Shown here piece by piece: positions 50,177 through 64,000 of a stretch of DNA of 64,000 bases. Position 1 is the first letter of the stretch; each line of letters opens with the position of its first letter. Where the stretch lies: positions 2,939,478-3,003,477 of the forward strand of contig MU008158.1 in NCBI GenBank assembly GCA_010909165.1. The letters are read 5' to 3'. The DNA is from Anthoceros angustus. Its lineage: Eukaryota > Plantae > Anthocerotophyta. The notes below the pieces were generated by a model that had not been told where the DNA came from, made no database searches, and saw only the letters and a program-made list of their open reading frames with translations. The translations under genes and the position numbers were made by a program.

Positions 50177-51697
50177 TCAATTCAGCAGGCCCCCATAAGA
50201 AGTCGGGCGGAGGAGTCGAACCCGCCGTCTCTCGCTCAGCTCCTTCACCTGATGCAATAGTCTAGATATTCTCTGTAATGAAAGCCCACACATCAGTCCA
50301 AACCGCTTTAAGAGCCCAAGAAAGCAAAACAGGCACCTGTAAACAATGAAACACACACAAACAAATCTTCCCACCACTACTCAAATATCCAACTTCGACC
50401 ACCACAACAGAGCACCGTTCCACAGCAAGTTGTTTCCAACACCAGTTGCACAGCACCACTCATCCACAACATTGAAAGAGTCCCATCTCTGCCCGCCACA
50501 GGACCCTCCGTGCACGCTTTGGACAAGACGAGGCACCACCTTTTGCACAGGACAGCACACCACCACTGCCGAAGCAGACAAACAAGTATGCCAAACGAAC
50601 CAACAATCTATCTTACACCATATTAAGGAGGTTCCCCTTACATCATCTCTAGAGCACAGCTGCAGCCGAAGTTGTTGATTTTGGTATCGTTCACGCTGCC
50701 AGCGTTGCCCGAGGATCACCAATCCCATCACAGCGGCAGCTAACGCAAGAGACCACAGGGTGTTAGCTTGCCTGGCCTGCACAAAACATTGTGCTACTCG
50801 CCGCTTCCACCATCCGTCGCACGTGTATTGGACGTCACTCTTTGAAACACAGCTCTTCTCATCCGACAGCTCCGGCACATCCTCCACTGCATCCGCCTCC
50901 TTAACCGGCACCAGATCCACCCCATCGTCACTGTAACCACTCTGTCCGGTTCGGGTGAGAAGCACTTTTTCCTGCCCCTCCTGAAGCACAAAGGTCGGTT
51001 CTGCTTCCACCTCCTCAGCATGATCCACATTCAGTTCAGCGCCACCCTTCCACAGCACATGCTCATCTTTCACCCCAGAGTGGCTGGCCACCGAGGCAGC
51101 AGAAGCCTCTACAGCAGGCGGGATAGGGACAGAACCCAAACCGAGCCCTTCGGAAGGATAAGAGATCTCCGCTCCTCCCTCCCCGCCTGAATTCAAGCCG
51201 GAACCCAGTGAACTCTCACTTAGGGTCAAGCTTGCAGCACGATACGGAGCCACAGGCACACTGCTCGGAGACGAAACCAGATGTATGGAAGCAGGGTCTA
51301 TCCAGTCCTTCCCACATGCTTGAGGTGCACCTTGTGCCAATCCATGCCCCTCTGCAGGGTCTTCCACCAGAGAAGTACCATGCGGATCCGAAACGAACAC
51401 ACCTGGGGATTGGCATGCCTTCGTATCTGAGCCTGCCCGCAAGGCGAGATTTTCATCCAGCTGCTCTGACGAGGGGACCATGAAATGCTGGGAGTGGAGA
51501 AGAGAGAAATCGACCCCGGATGATCCGCCACTGGCGGTGTTCATGTCTGATGCCATGAGAAACGTACTGCCATCCATGGGCGCACCAGCCGAGAAGCATG
51601 AGGTCACACACATGCCAGACATTGAACCCGAGATCACCTCCCATTCTTGGGGCACCCGGCCGGGGCTGTCCTCACTGTCGCCGCCAGTGTCAGCCAT
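50177..51697 (-). CDS. ATG8-interacting protein (ATI1/2-like), 2 exons
   Basis: N-terminal AIM EWEVI, a long acidic/Ser-rich region, then CDGWWKRR..QANTLWSLALAAAVMGLVILGQRWQRE (TM), and a short last exon RISRLLHQVKEL. Confidence 0.8.
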
Positions 51698-52259
51698 TAC
51701 TTCCTTGACTTGATTCTTGAATGGCACGGTTGCATGCTTGCCTCCCTGCTTATTTACGTTAGGTCTCCACGACTGACCCCGGTTCCGAGAATCCTAACCC
51801 GCTTCACGGCAGTCACAGTTGTTCAAGGTATGTAGGCAACGTCGTTTGGAGGATCGGCCTAATCGGATAGAGTTTACTTACCTATGTCCCCTGACCGCAG
51901 GTTTAGTCCTGCACGATTACGGCCAAGCTCCCGTGCGGTAGAAACTTCGTGATGCTAGAGGCATATGCAACCAAGGATGTATGTCAATTAATATGGGACG
52001 TCAGCAGTTGATGTTCCAGCTGAATTTGATTGTAGACTTTATTCTAGTGGTAGCGCTAATTCTATCGGACTAGTTGGGTTATCTAAACTTAAGAATAAAT
52101 AATCACTTATTGCTGGAATATTGTATAAGTACTGAGGTCTTCAATTAAACTCAACTCACCGATTGTCACCAGTCGTAAGTAAGATTGAAGCAAGCGGTCT
52201 ACAATAGCTCTCAACTTCAAGTAACCGAACGTTCTGTAATATGATACGCCTAACCAAAT

Positions 52260-53160
52260 GTGTTACTTGTCCAGTTGCATAAAGATGCTACAGTCAACCA
52301 ATCCAAGCCCTTCTCGGTGAAAGCAGTGTTTAAACTTCGGCAAGGATTTTGTCATTATCGTCTGTGAGTACATACTGTACCTTAACAATTCCTCTCTCAG
52401 CAGCATCATGAATATAATGGTGTTGAATCTCAATATGCTTCGTGCGCACATGAAAGACACGATTAGCGACAAGAGATTGCAATGGTTGACATATTGTCAC
52501 AATTGAGCACTGTTGGCCCTTCCTGCTTCATATCCAAATCTTTACATAGCTTTCTTTCCCATTCAGCCTCTTTCGTGGCTCCAGTGAATGCTTTGTACTC
52601 CGATTCTATTGATGACAGTGATATTGCAGCTTGTTTTCTACAAGACCAATTAACAACAGTGGAGCTAGCAAGAAAGCAATATGCTGAGATGCTTTTTCAG
52701 GTGTTAGTATCTGAAACCCAATCTGCATCAACAAAGCATGTCAATAGCATATGCTTCTTTCCGCTTGGCTTGAAGCAGAGGCCATAATTTGGAGTACCCT
52801 TGAGGTACCGCATGATGCGATTTGAGAGCAACCCAGTGATCCTTTCCTGGATTCTCTAAGGACTGAGCAATAGCATTTACAGTATTTGAGATATGTAGTC
52901 AGGTTTGATTACTCGAGAACATGAGAGTACCAACTCCCATACGATAAGGAATATTTTCCATCTCTTTCTTTCCCCGTTCAGATTGTGGACAAGTAGTAGA
53001 TGAAAGCTTAACACCTACAGCACATAAAAAGACCTCCTTGCATCTGTGAAAGCTTTGGCCCCAATATGTATAACCTCATTGTCTCATAGTGTTAAAAGAT
53101 CTCCTTATGTTTAAAAGAGCTTTGGTCCCGAAAATGAATTTTGTATGTTCACAAACTTAG
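52260..53160 (-). mobile_element. Ty1/Copia RT and RNase H remnant
   Basis: PYRMGVGTLM..ENPGKDHW..RIMRYLKGT; FVDADW..WSCRKQAAISLSSIESEYKA..KEAEW..CDNMS..VFHVRTKHIEIQHHYI. Contains in-frame stops. Confidence 0.9.
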
Positions 53161-53199
53161 TGCTACAGGTGTCGTTGAGTTCATTTTTCTTCAACTTAA

Positions 53200-55480
53200 A
53201 TTGTTAGTGTAGGAACATTTTGAGTTATTATACATAGGTGGAGGGCCATGCTCGGTACTCAAAGACGCCTGCAACATGGTAATTCTGTAAGGAGGTTTAT
53301 ATACGAACCCCCTTCCTGTGTGTAACCCTTTGGCGAAAATCACTAGATCTAAATCACGCAAAGCCATCATGCCTCTCGACAATGGACCATTCTTGGCCCC
53401 GACTAAGTCATGAACAACACAATTGAGGCATACACACATAATAGTAGGTATACCACTACCGGAAGCCAGATGTGGAAGAGGGACGTTTTAAATGTGCACT
53501 TCGCAAAATGGCACCGATAGACACATGGCATAATGAAGTTTATGTCTGAATCCTAATACATTGGATCCGGTTACATGCGTCTGGTCTCAACTGGGCCCCG
53601 AATGTATGTAATCTAAAACTACTAGGTTTCGACACGCTCTTCTTCACAAACTGCCATTCTCACCCAAAGCGTTGTCATCGTTGTTAACCTCCGCTTGGAC
53701 CGCTGACGACGTGGGAGGTTGCCATATGGTATCCAGCTGTCCTTCCTCCAACACCCGCCTGCTCGGTCTTCATCCTCCGGCACTCAAAGAAACAACTTGG
53801 GCCTTTGAACAATCCTTTTCACTTATACAAACCTCCTTTGCCCAACTGGGGGCCTTGCGATGGGGCTCAAGGTAAGCTCTTCTTCAAGATCCGGAGAACC
53901 TCGTGTCGTGGATGCGCTGGGGATGTATCCAAAGACACCGTAAGTCCGCCTGATGGCGATGCTTCCACAGCAAGGCCGCTAATACACAGCCACTCCGAGC
54001 ATGCGCCCACCACCCTTCTTTTGAGAAGGTCTTGATCAATTTCATCAGCCCAAGAGGCCTTTGGTATGGGCATACCACCAACTTGTCATGGGACAAGTAC
54101 ACCTTCTTTACCACGTTGTCATGGCCTATGACGGACCTCCCATTGTTAAAAGTGCCATGCATGGCATTCGGCATCATCGAGCTCGATCCTTTGAACACCC
54201 ATCTTTCAAGCCCCATCAAGCGGTCACATACTCCATCGCTTTCAACCGCCCCTATCATTGCTCATGTTAGTTTTATCCCACACGAAGACACCAGCCACCC
54301 TTCTTACACCACTGCGCATCGATTCCGCATCGTGGGCTTCCTCCACTCCATGCATGACAATCATGCGGAAGTCTTCGCTTGTAGTTTTCTCATGGCTGAA
54401 TACTCAACATAGTGGCATCCATCCGTTTGTCCATAGGCCCAATATCAAAGCCTGCAGGCATCCATGACTAACGGTGTACCTCCTCACGAAGGTAGCCCGC
54501 ATCTCAAAATATCTCGCTTCTCCACTTGGTAATGAACCTCCTTCTCGATCCAGCGGTAAAATGTGCAGCCCTTCATGAAGATCACATATACGCATTTGCA
54601 TTTTCGTCTTCAAACTCTTCCAATTATTGATCTCGAAAATGAAATTCTTAAAGTCCTCGGCATTTTACGCAAGTTGTCTATATCCTTCAATTCTTTGCAG
54701 GCAAAAGCGAGTAAGTGCATATCGTGTATGCGGTGAAACATTATGCACCCGTAGATCTCAAAGGCATTGAGGCGGCGCGGCGCCCCTCAGCCGGTTCTGG
54801 ATCTGAGATGCGGCGCGGCCGGCGGCGCCGCCAACTCGGTCCCCACATCACATGTGGAAGTGGCCTCGGCCGCGGCGCCTGCAAACGTTAGGGTTTATAG
54901 CAGGCGACATATGAGAGTAAGCGATGGGTAGTATGGCACACCGGTCTGCCGTCTGGCAAGAGCTATCATTTCGTCGATCAGAATGCAAAGGATATTCCGG
55001 CCTAACCTCTTGAATGATGAGCAGCCCAAGTGTGTTTACCATAGCCACTTGTATAACATGAAACTTCTTAGTAAGGTAATCTCCTCATCCATACCTTTTA
55101 GGTCGATAATACATCACACACCTTCTCGGTCGGCGTGAGTATCCGTGCACTCTCAGTGGAATCCCTTGGAGCGATTTCCACGGCTTTGCTAGCATATCCT
55201 TGACTTCACGTAAGCGATGTCAACAACACGAGCCTCCTCTTGTACCTTCCGTTTGCCTTTGCCCTTCTTACTTGTTCGGCGGTTTTTTTCGGCAATTCTC
55301 CGACCTCCCATTTTGAAAATATTCGATCCACGTTGTCCCAAACCTTCCCTCTGTTTCGCAATGCATAAGATGTGGGTCCGATTGTCCACCTTATTACGCT
55401 TGTAAACATCGTCTTCCAGACCTCCGTGTCTCAATCGCCAATCAAGCCCAATACGGTATAGGTTGAATTTCCAATTCATG
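53200..55480 (-). mobile_element. Highly degenerate L1-like non-LTR retrotransposon (RT region)
   Basis: Frameshifted fragments resemble L1 motifs: ITLL..IQVAMVN.L..II..RPE; GRNIL..EMIALA; AIL..AYSHMS; EDFRMIV.GVEE..VAGV.VWDKT; PFCE..HL. Alignment was by eye only. Confidence 0.5.
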
Positions 55481-55529
55481 GTCATCTGGACATCATCTAC
55501 GCTTTGGCAATAAGCGATTCGTCCTCAAG

Positions 55530-58500
55530 TACGACACCTTTCTCAATGAAGGACATCTTCTTGGCACAGCCGACATCGTGTTGTGATGCATTGCCGATGC
55601 ACTCGCATTTCATACGTCAGAGTACACATGAGCTTCTGTGGCGGGACTTTCTTGATGGCCCGTACGGCGCGCACAATCACGTGTCGTTGTAGGAAGAAGT
55701 CCGTTCCCAAGGGAATGATAGGCCCGTTTACGCGTTTGGTGATTCTTACCGTCCTTGGCGCTCGTTCGGTCTCCACACATACTCTAACTACTCTGGCGTT
55801 CCGTCTGGGCCGGTATGGCCAAGCGTTTGGACCCGTTCGCGTCCGTATCGTTCACATACATCCTCACGCATCGGTCCTTTCCTCTCTCCTCTCACGCTAC
55901 ACTCTTGATCTTAGAAAAGGCAGCGCGATTCTGTGATCGGACCTCCTCGTCGTTCAGGGCCTCTCGTCCGGGCTCTACACCCTCCGGAGTTCCTCCGGCT
56001 CACGCGTTCAGTCGTTCGGTGTCGGACGCGGCTCGGACGACGATCGATCACCCTTCCACTGCACACACCACAGCGTTAAGTCGTCACGGGACCTTGATCA
56101 ATCTCCCGGGTATCGTGCACCTTTCGGTGACTCGGGACTCACGTTAGCAAGAAGACTCACAAGGTGCAGCAGCGGCATCAACACCAAGAAAGATGCTTTA
56201 CTAGGCGACCTCGGCCCTCTTATCTGCGCCCAAGGTGGCGTCTTTATTACCCCTATTACGGTGATAGCTCGGTATACCTAATCGGCCGCCTACCATCCTA
56301 TCCCCCTATCTCCTTCGCCGTAGTGGGAAGGTCACAGGCCCCCCTCGGAATGGGTGGTCAATCCCCGTCACAGCGGTTGTGGTGCACCCAATCGGATGAT
56401 CCGTGGCAGGCCCCTCCTCTCCCGGAATCACAGCCGGGTTGGGCTCTTGGCGGTCGACAGCCGGTTACCAGCGTCATCCTCCCACAGCCTCCCCAGGTCC
56501 CCGCGGTGGGGCCACCGCTATCGGCTCCCCTAAGCGTAAGTCGAAGGGGCTCCTCCTTCTTGCCGCCGGTCCTCGAGGTCTGTCTCGACTCTGAACTTGA
56601 GTTATTCTGGTCGTGGCTAGGTCGACCTTGTCTCTGGGGTCCGGACCTCGGTCGGTTGTCAGTCCGGACTTGGTCGGACTTATTCGGTCGGACTTGGTCC
56701 GGACTTATTCGTCGGACTTGATCCGGCCTCCCTCTGGTCAGGACAAAGTCGGACTCACGCCGGGTTTCCTCCCTCAGGACTCCTCCGTGGCTCTCCCTCG
56801 AAGTCCTCCATTCCCGATCGCCCGTGACTCCTTTGGCCCCTCCTTCCATGGTGAGGTCGGGGTGCTTACCTCGATCGCATCCGCGCTCCCTGTTCCTCCT
56901 CGGTTGCTCCTCTCCGCCGCTCCGTCATCTCCAAGCAGGGGCCACTAGGGTCCTGTCTTTGTCCCGTGGCCTTCATCTCCTTGAGCCTTCCAGTCGTCCG
57001 TCTGAGTCGGGAGGCTTCTGCCTTCGGGAGCTCGGCGTGGTAATAGGCAAAGTCAGATCGACTTGTTGAATTGCCTCTTCCACGTGTGCGGAGCACCGAT
57101 ACTCCCTCCGCCATAAGTGTTAGGGGGCGTCTTTGCTCGGCTTGGGCCACCTCTCTGCCCGGTTGTGTGCGGGCACCGATACTCCCTCGCCATAAGTGTT
57201 AGGGGGCGTCTTTGCTCGGCTTGGGCCACCTCTCCTGCCCGGTTGGGTGGGGGCGTATCACGAGGCTACAAGGCGGCCTCGGTCACCTCCTGCAGCCAGC
57301 TGCTCACTGCTCCGGCTCCGTCGTTTCCTTCCATTGCCGACTTACCGCCATAGCGCGGCGTTCCCCTTCGCCTTTCTCGGTGGACCGGCTTCTTTTACCT
57401 TCCGGTGCTCGCGCTCCGTTCATTACGGCCTTTAGCTCATGACTCCCTCTCAGGCGGTCGGATACCTCCGTCCAGGCTCGGACTTCCTCCGGCTCGCCAT
57501 GGCAGCAGCGTCCAACTCCTTGGATAGTCGCGATTTTCCTCCGTCTTGAGACGGGCGGGCTACTCTTTCGTGCTCGAGTCGTGGATTCTCTCGTTGAGAA
57601 TCACTGCTTTCTCCGACGCATCTTGGGTTGTAGCTCCAGCGTGTCCTTCTTGTCCTCCATCTGCGCCTCCTTCTACCTCTGCTCGGAGATCCTCTATCTC
57701 CCAGTCTCTGGCCCTTACTGCTCCATAGCCACTTTGTCTGCGGTGAGTTAACCTCGGCTGCTCTCTCTCCACGGTTCGATCCGTCTGTAGTGATCCGGTC
57801 GCTCTTCACCGGCTTGACTCCTTCGCCGCCTTTACAGGCCTCGCCCATTTGGCGCTCTGGCCGGGCCGCCTCCGCAGTCCGAGCTCTCTGCGCTTGTGCG
57901 GGCCTCTTCCGCCTCTGCTGCGCTTCCTCTTACTGCAAGGTCCTCCGCGCTTGGGCCTCCCAGGCTTGCCGTTTGTGGTGAAGAACCTTAACCGTCTGTG
58001 AACCGGGCCTCGCTCCGCCACCGGCGTTTCCCTTCCTCGATCCGGCGAGGACTCCGCCTTTTCCTTTGCCCTCGGCCGCCTTCACTTGCTCTTGGGTTCC
58101 ACCATCCTCCTCGGGTGGCCTCCACTTCACAGGTCTTCTCCACTGTGAGACCCCAAAGCATTCCGTCCATGGTGGCAGGACTTCGCCGTGTTTCTTCCAC
58201 GGCCACAGTGAGGCCCCACAAAGTCCGTAGTGGGAGCCGGCATTTCTCGATCCGAGGACCTCCATACCTTGATCCGGAGTAAGTCGGGGGGTTCTCGGAC
58301 CTAATCGGGACCCTCGGGTCACAGTGGTGGTCAGTCTCACCCTCTTGGCCCTCTTGGCCTCTAACTCCTTTGTGCCCTCTTTCTCCAGGCTCGGAGGAGG
58401 TGAGGGGTCGGGAGCAAGCTCTTTTGCCCCTTCACATCGGGGCAGGCCGGCTCGAGGTGGGGCTGCGCGGTGACCTCCTGCTCCTTGGGCCGTCCTTCGC

Positions 58501-61500
58501 CCTCCTTACGCCTCTTGACCTCTTGCCACTCCGTGGGCGGGGGTAAGTCTGGCACCGAGGTCTTTGCGTTGGTAAGCGGCACCGTCTTCGCCTCTTGCTC
58601 CCGGAGTTCGGCTCGGCCGTCGTGGTTGTTGGCTGTTGTTACCGCGGTCGGGCCGCCGCCTCCGGCATCGGCTCCCTCTGTCTGCTCGGAGGGCACCAAA
58701 AGGAGGAAGGGAATCGCCTCCCAAACTTCCACAGGTGGTGAGGGGTTCGCTCAGCGTATGGAGTCAGGAATCCTCGATCGTCCTCCTCCGAGTCCGCTTG
58801 GTCTTGAAGGGCGACCCCCACCTCAGGCGCCCTTGCACGCTCTACGGGCCTCCGGCCCTTGGCGCCGCTCAAGCTCTCCTCCTTGAGGCTCGAAATGTCC
58901 CCATACATGAATCGGTATGGGGTCGATTGATGGCGAGGCTTCTCGCTCCTTAGCTTGCGTGCCTCCCAGGCAGGCGAAGATAATCCTTCCCAGTCGCTCT
59001 CTTCCCAGCGGCGCATGCGAGAATACCAGGTTATCACCAAGGTGATCCACCTTGGTGGCGAGTTCAATGGACAATGATCCGGGCTACCGCCCTTACTCGG
59101 TCGGGATCGGATATCAACCATCCGTTGGTTGTCCATTGCGTTCGAGCCTCGCCGGCCGGCCCTATCTTCCCCGCCTTAAGGGGCTCGCTGCGCCCCTTCT
59201 TCCTCCTTGGCGGTTGTAGGCCATCCTCGGGACCTCAAGGTCCATCGCCTCGGTCCTCCGGAGGTTCTTGGATCGGACCTCCTTGTTGATCGCCCGGCAT
59301 CTTCGGGCAAACTCCGGACTAGGTAGCGTTGTCAAAGGTCGAGACCATTTGGAACACGTCCGGATGCCCTGCACCAATTCCCACTTCCTCCGGCCGGGGC
59401 CGTCCGGATAGCGCGGGTCACAATGTTGCGCTCCACGAGGTCCATGGCTCCCACTTCCGTCGGCTTTTGGGTGCCATTGCTTTCTCCTCCTCTTGTTCTG
59501 TAGGCTGCGGCGAGTCGGCACGATGTTCCTCCGCCGCGCGTTGCTCCAACCAGCGGTGCGCGCTCTAAGCGCCCAAAAGAGCGCCGAGCCGGATTGCGGA
59601 GAGGGGGATGCGGGCTGCGTGATGACCTCCCTCCTTGGCGCTTGTGGAAATAGCTTCTGGCGGAAGGCGCCTCTTCGTTGTCCATGCGCGAGTGCATGGC
59701 TACGACCCTCGCCGCTTACCACGGCCTTCGCGCGGCCGCGGGCGTGAATACTGCCTGCGGCCTGCAGCAAGTTGCGGTCACACCTCTGCATGCCGACCTC
59801 CACTCGGGGCCGTCCACGTGGCGCCGCCTCGTCATCCTCACGCCTCGCTCCTGGGTTACTTTCCTGGCGTACTTATCCTATTTTGACACTGGGTGGGTTC
59901 GGACTTATCCGTTACTCCGGCGTAGTCGAGCTTGCCATAGTGGTCAGGGGTCCGTTGTTCACTCCAGTCGGAGTATACTCGAGCCTCGTCCGGGCTACCC
60001 CAATTTATTCCTCCTTTTCCGCCTTATTTATCCTTCAATCCTAAAAAAAAACCCTACTTATTTCTTAACTCCCGAAGTGCATAGCCCACATACTCCCTTC
60101 TCATCATTGGCGTCTCGCCAACAGCATACTTCTTCACCCGCCACCCGTTTCAGTGGGCAGCACTCTCCATCTAGGCGCATCGTGGGCGGACCCGTTGTCA
60201 TATACTTGCACCACTTGATACGGACCCATCCATCTCGGTGAAGTTTGCACGGAAAATGCATGTGGACTATCATAAAGGAGGGCGGGTCCCCTTCCTTTAC
60301 ATACTCCACGATTCGCGATGATCGTGCCAAATCTTTGTTGGTTTTGCACCATGCATCTTTGAGCTTCTTCCTGTCCTCTGTCTTTGCAAACCCCAAGAGT
60401 CGCTCGGTGGCTTTCCTCTTATCGTCTCCTTCCATCATTACTCGAAAAGTGGGCACTTCAAACTCTCGGCATTACGGAGAGTGTCGTAGGTCAAGTAAAG
60501 TCCGTTGTGTGGTCACCTTCTGCTGTCGGGCATACGGTGCGGATGGCGGCTTGGTATCGATCATGGGCGTAGTTCCTGTGAGTTTATTGATCCTGCGGAT
60601 GAGCCCATTTGTCTTCTCTGTCGGCCCATTGGCCTTAGGATTGTAGGGTGCCGTCTTGCGATGATTGATGCGAAATACTCCGTCATGGCGGCCACCACAT
60701 CATTAAGGAAATGGGTTCCCCTATCACTTACCAAGCTGCGGACATCCGTGCGGGTTATGATGTTCTCGTCGAATTTGGCCACGGTATTTGCGAGTCCGTT
60801 CTTGTCGCCGCCTCTACCCACAGTGCGGTGGTCCGTTGCCACCGGGATGTATCTCCTTTGTGTGTGTCTTGTCGTGTAGTATGGGTCCAACAAAGTCAAT
60901 ACCCACTTTTGAAGGTGCGGTGCCAATATCGGTACTAGCGGCCCTTTGTGTCGTCGGGGTTGGCTTTCCGATCCGGTGACAAGCATCACACTTCTTCTAA
61001 GCGGTGGGTGTCCCCATACATTGTTGGCCACGGTATCCGCTTCAAAATCTTTTGGTGGTGACTGTCTTTTAGTGTCCACCCCAATCCTTCGTGCATTCCC
61101 TTGGCCAGCTCCTGTCTCTGCCGGTTGTAAGTACCGTTCTACTCCGTCAGGCCCTAATTTGAACACACACCGTTGTACATTACGAAGGGTCGAGCATAGT
61201 GCACGAATGCCTCCCTCATCCACAGTCGATTTTGAGCTCCATTCCCAGTACCGCTCTATTTCTTCGTGGGTCGGACGGCGGCGGACCCTCCCTTCTCGCT
61301 CACTAAGGCTGCCGGTTCTCGTAGCTTGGGGTTCGGTCATGGGCTCCTCGGTTGTACTTTCTGCGGCAACCAATGTCTCATCGGACGCATCTTCACGATC
61401 TCTCAACTGCTCTTTTCAATCGTGACGAAATGCGCATTTGGTCTGCCTCCCTTGTCTTGTTTCCACTTGACGTGAACTCCTGCAGCAACAATATCCACCT

Positions 61501-64000
61501 TGCTATCCGTCCGGACGGTCCGTCTTATTCACCGGATGCTTGAGCAAAGTGGTCTACATAGAACACAAACTCCTTTGGGTAGTAGGTAGTGTCGAATTTC
61601 TTGGCCATATACCATACCTTGGCTCTGTAGTTGTGTATTTTCGTTCGCGTGGGTGGTTCCGGCGTAGTATACGGGATAATCCGCTTGTCGTCCTTGCTCG
61701 GCACTACTCCGATAGCAAAGCGGACACATCTACATACACATGAAATTTCTGCTCGATCCGGTCCTCTTAGAACCGGTGCGCCAAGGTGTTACGTAAATCC
61801 GAAGGCCTCCTCTCGCTCCGTGACGGTCCAAACCTCCTCCTTCCTTGATGATTACATCAACTTAGCGCCCTCTTCTTAAAAGTCCTTAATAAACCGGTAG
61901 TATCCCACCATTCCGAAACCTCTCGGCTCCTTTAGGTTCGTCGGTGGAGGCGGATGACCGGACCTTGTCTGGTCCACCTCGATTCAGCCGCGATGTCGAC
62001 AAGATTCCCTCCGTCATTCCAAAGTAGCATTTCTCGGGTGTAGGCTCAATTGAGTCTCCGGCGCTCAAGCACCTTCTTAGATGTCCAAGGTGTTTGTCCT
62101 GCTCCCCATGCACACAAAATCATCCGAGAATATCTCCATGAAGTCCCTCGAGTCACGGAAGGCGTTGGTCACCATGCATGAGCGACCACAGCTCGGTCAT
62201 CCCAAAGGCACTTCTCTTGTAGGCAAGCGTACCCCAGTAGTGAAGGTCGTCTTGTCCCGGTCGCTCCCTTAGGTGCAATTGGTTATGTCCGGAGTAGCCA
62301 TCCGAGGAAGGAGTAAGTAGTCGACCACCTTGTCCAAAATGTCGTCTCTGAATGGCATCGGAAGTGGTCCTTCTCGTTGCGTTGAGCTTCCTCAATCTTG
62401 GCATACCAATTTGTCTTTCTTGGGAACCACCACAATCGTAGCGACCCACTCGGCGATGGGGAAAATGATGTCTGCCTCCGGTACTTATCAAGGACCTCCT
62501 TCACCTTGATCGAATACTTGGGGTTGAGCTTGTATTGTCGGATTGATGGCACCGCTCGGCTTCAAATCGATCTTATGCTCTCCACTTCTTGAATGCCCTT
62601 CATGTCGTGACCTTGGCGAACACACCTCATAAAACTCCCATGCTTTAGTCCTTCCTTGGTCCGAGGCATGCCTTTCTTAAACTTGAGAATTTGCTGGCGG
62701 ACCTCCACTTCTTCCACGTCGTCCGGGTTCACGTCTCTCCGTTCCGTCTTTGCCTCATGCGTCCAAACCCTCGTCCTCTCTCGGGGATCGTCCTCTCGCA
62801 TCCCCATTCTGAGCTCGTCGGAGGTGAATCGTGTTACTCCTTGAGCTTTTCCTTGGTCCGACTCTTGTTGTCTCCCTTGTCTTTGGTCCGACCTCCTCTT
62901 CACTTCCTTCCTCCGGCCCGTTGTGGCGTTTACTCGAAAACAATCAATCCACTTCGCGCCAAAGGCATCCATGATAGTCCATCTCCTCCTCGGACCCGGC
63001 GGATCTTGGCGAAAAGTCGCCTCCTCGGAACTATCTTGTTCGTCTGGAGTCCTCCGAGGTATACCCGGTAGTGCTCACGGTTTCCCACAATAGGTGTCCT
63101 TGCTCCGGTGATAGCAACCCTCCCTTCTCGCACCTTAGGGTCCCACCACCGGCAAGTGAATCTCCTTCCTTCCAAAGTGTAGCTGCAGGCCAACCCGACC
63201 ATGGCCGCTGACAACACCTCATACCCTAATGGTCCGGCGGTTTGATCACAACAAAATCCGGTTTGTAGGGTGCACCTATGGTGGCCAAGACTCGGTTAAC
63301 TCCCGCGGATCTCTTCTTGACATATGCCATTCTCGAGTCTTCGTTGAGGTTGAAGGATGTGAAGCCCAATTTTCGTGCGTGGCTTCGGTGATGAGGTTGA
63401 CTCGGACCCGTGTCCAGCGGTACATCCTTGATGATACATCCAATCTCCACTTGTACCACTGCGCCCAGGTCGTATGGGACACCACCCTCACTTCCTGCTA
63501 CCCTTCCTTTGGTGCTCATGGCCGCTGGGTTTCCCTAACGACGGACGGACCTCTTGTATTTGGGTTATCCCTCGGTTGTCGAAAGGACACAGGGTCTTGA
63601 TTCATCATCGGTCGCCACATTAAAGGCGGGCTTCTACCCCAATCGAGGATCCTGCTGCTGCGTCCTCATCCTCTCCCGGTCACTTGTTACGGTATTCTCC
63701 GGATGCTTGCGCATTTCCTGCAACATCTCGGTCACCTCCGGACTACGTCCGGTGGAAGCTAACGTCGCCGTCGGGAGGCACCGTTCCTTCTCCACATCTC
63801 TGCGGAGAACTTCCTTGGGTAATCCCTCGGCGGCTGCCGTCCAGCCCTCCTTCATCGGTCGGATCCTCTGCTGGTATTTTGGTTTGATTGCCTTCCTCGG
63901 CGTCGTGGCGCTTCCTCCGATCTTGTTCTTCTTGGCGCCTTTCTCGTCGCTCCTTCCTTCTACAGTAGACACCTCAAGATTTCCTCCCAACTCCTTCCTT
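55530..64000 (-). mobile_element. Ty3/Gypsy non-chromovirus element: gag end, protease, RT, RNase H, integrase, extra ORF, PPT and 3' LTR; runs off the window
   Basis: Protease IKDVPLDTG (~63.4 kb). RT YKLNPKY..VVVPKK..DYRKLN..DHFP..YKRMPFG (~61.9-62.6 kb). Integrase SDRGTHF (~60.7 kb) and FPGKL.TRWMGPY (~60.2 kb). The PPT precedes TGACG at 56476. The LTR distal end is approximate. Many frameshifts. Confidence 0.9.
57083..57245. repeat. ~79-bp direct tandem duplication in the Gypsy extra-ORF region
   Basis: gtgtgcgg.gcaccgatactccctc.gccataagtgttagggggcgtctttgctcggcttgggccacctc occurs twice. Confidence 0.9.

Overview
Eukaryotic nuclear DNA from a land plant. The short GT-AG introns, compact genes and GapA/KOBITO1/ATI-type genes suggest a non-seed plant such as a hornwort, other bryophyte or lycophyte (inference). 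A gene island at ~36.1-51.7 kb carries SERP/RAMP4, a KOBITO1-like gene, Mpv17/PMP22, mitochondrial-type rpl14, GapA, DUS1, homoserine kinase and an ATI1/2-like gene. A PUX7-like gene lies at 10.2-13.1 kb. The rest is nested transposon debris: a tandem array of CACTA insertion junctions (1-7 kb); a haspin-like pseudogene; a CRE-clade non-LTR element split by a microsatellite-bearing solo LTR; a truncated Gypsy element interrupted by a complete 6.5-kb CACTA element (GAG TSD); Copia and L1 remnants; and a second Gypsy element of the same family on the minus strand. Main finding: the whole uL14 (rpl14, HUELLENLOS-like) coding exon sits inside the last intron of the Mpv17/PMP22 gene on the same strand. 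It has no start codon or presequence of its own, but it begins at an in-frame AG acceptor, so it appears to borrow the host gene's exons and mitochondrial presequence by alternative splicing. All protein family calls come from motif recognition by eye; no database searches were run. Frameshifts inside repeats may partly be long-read consensus errors.
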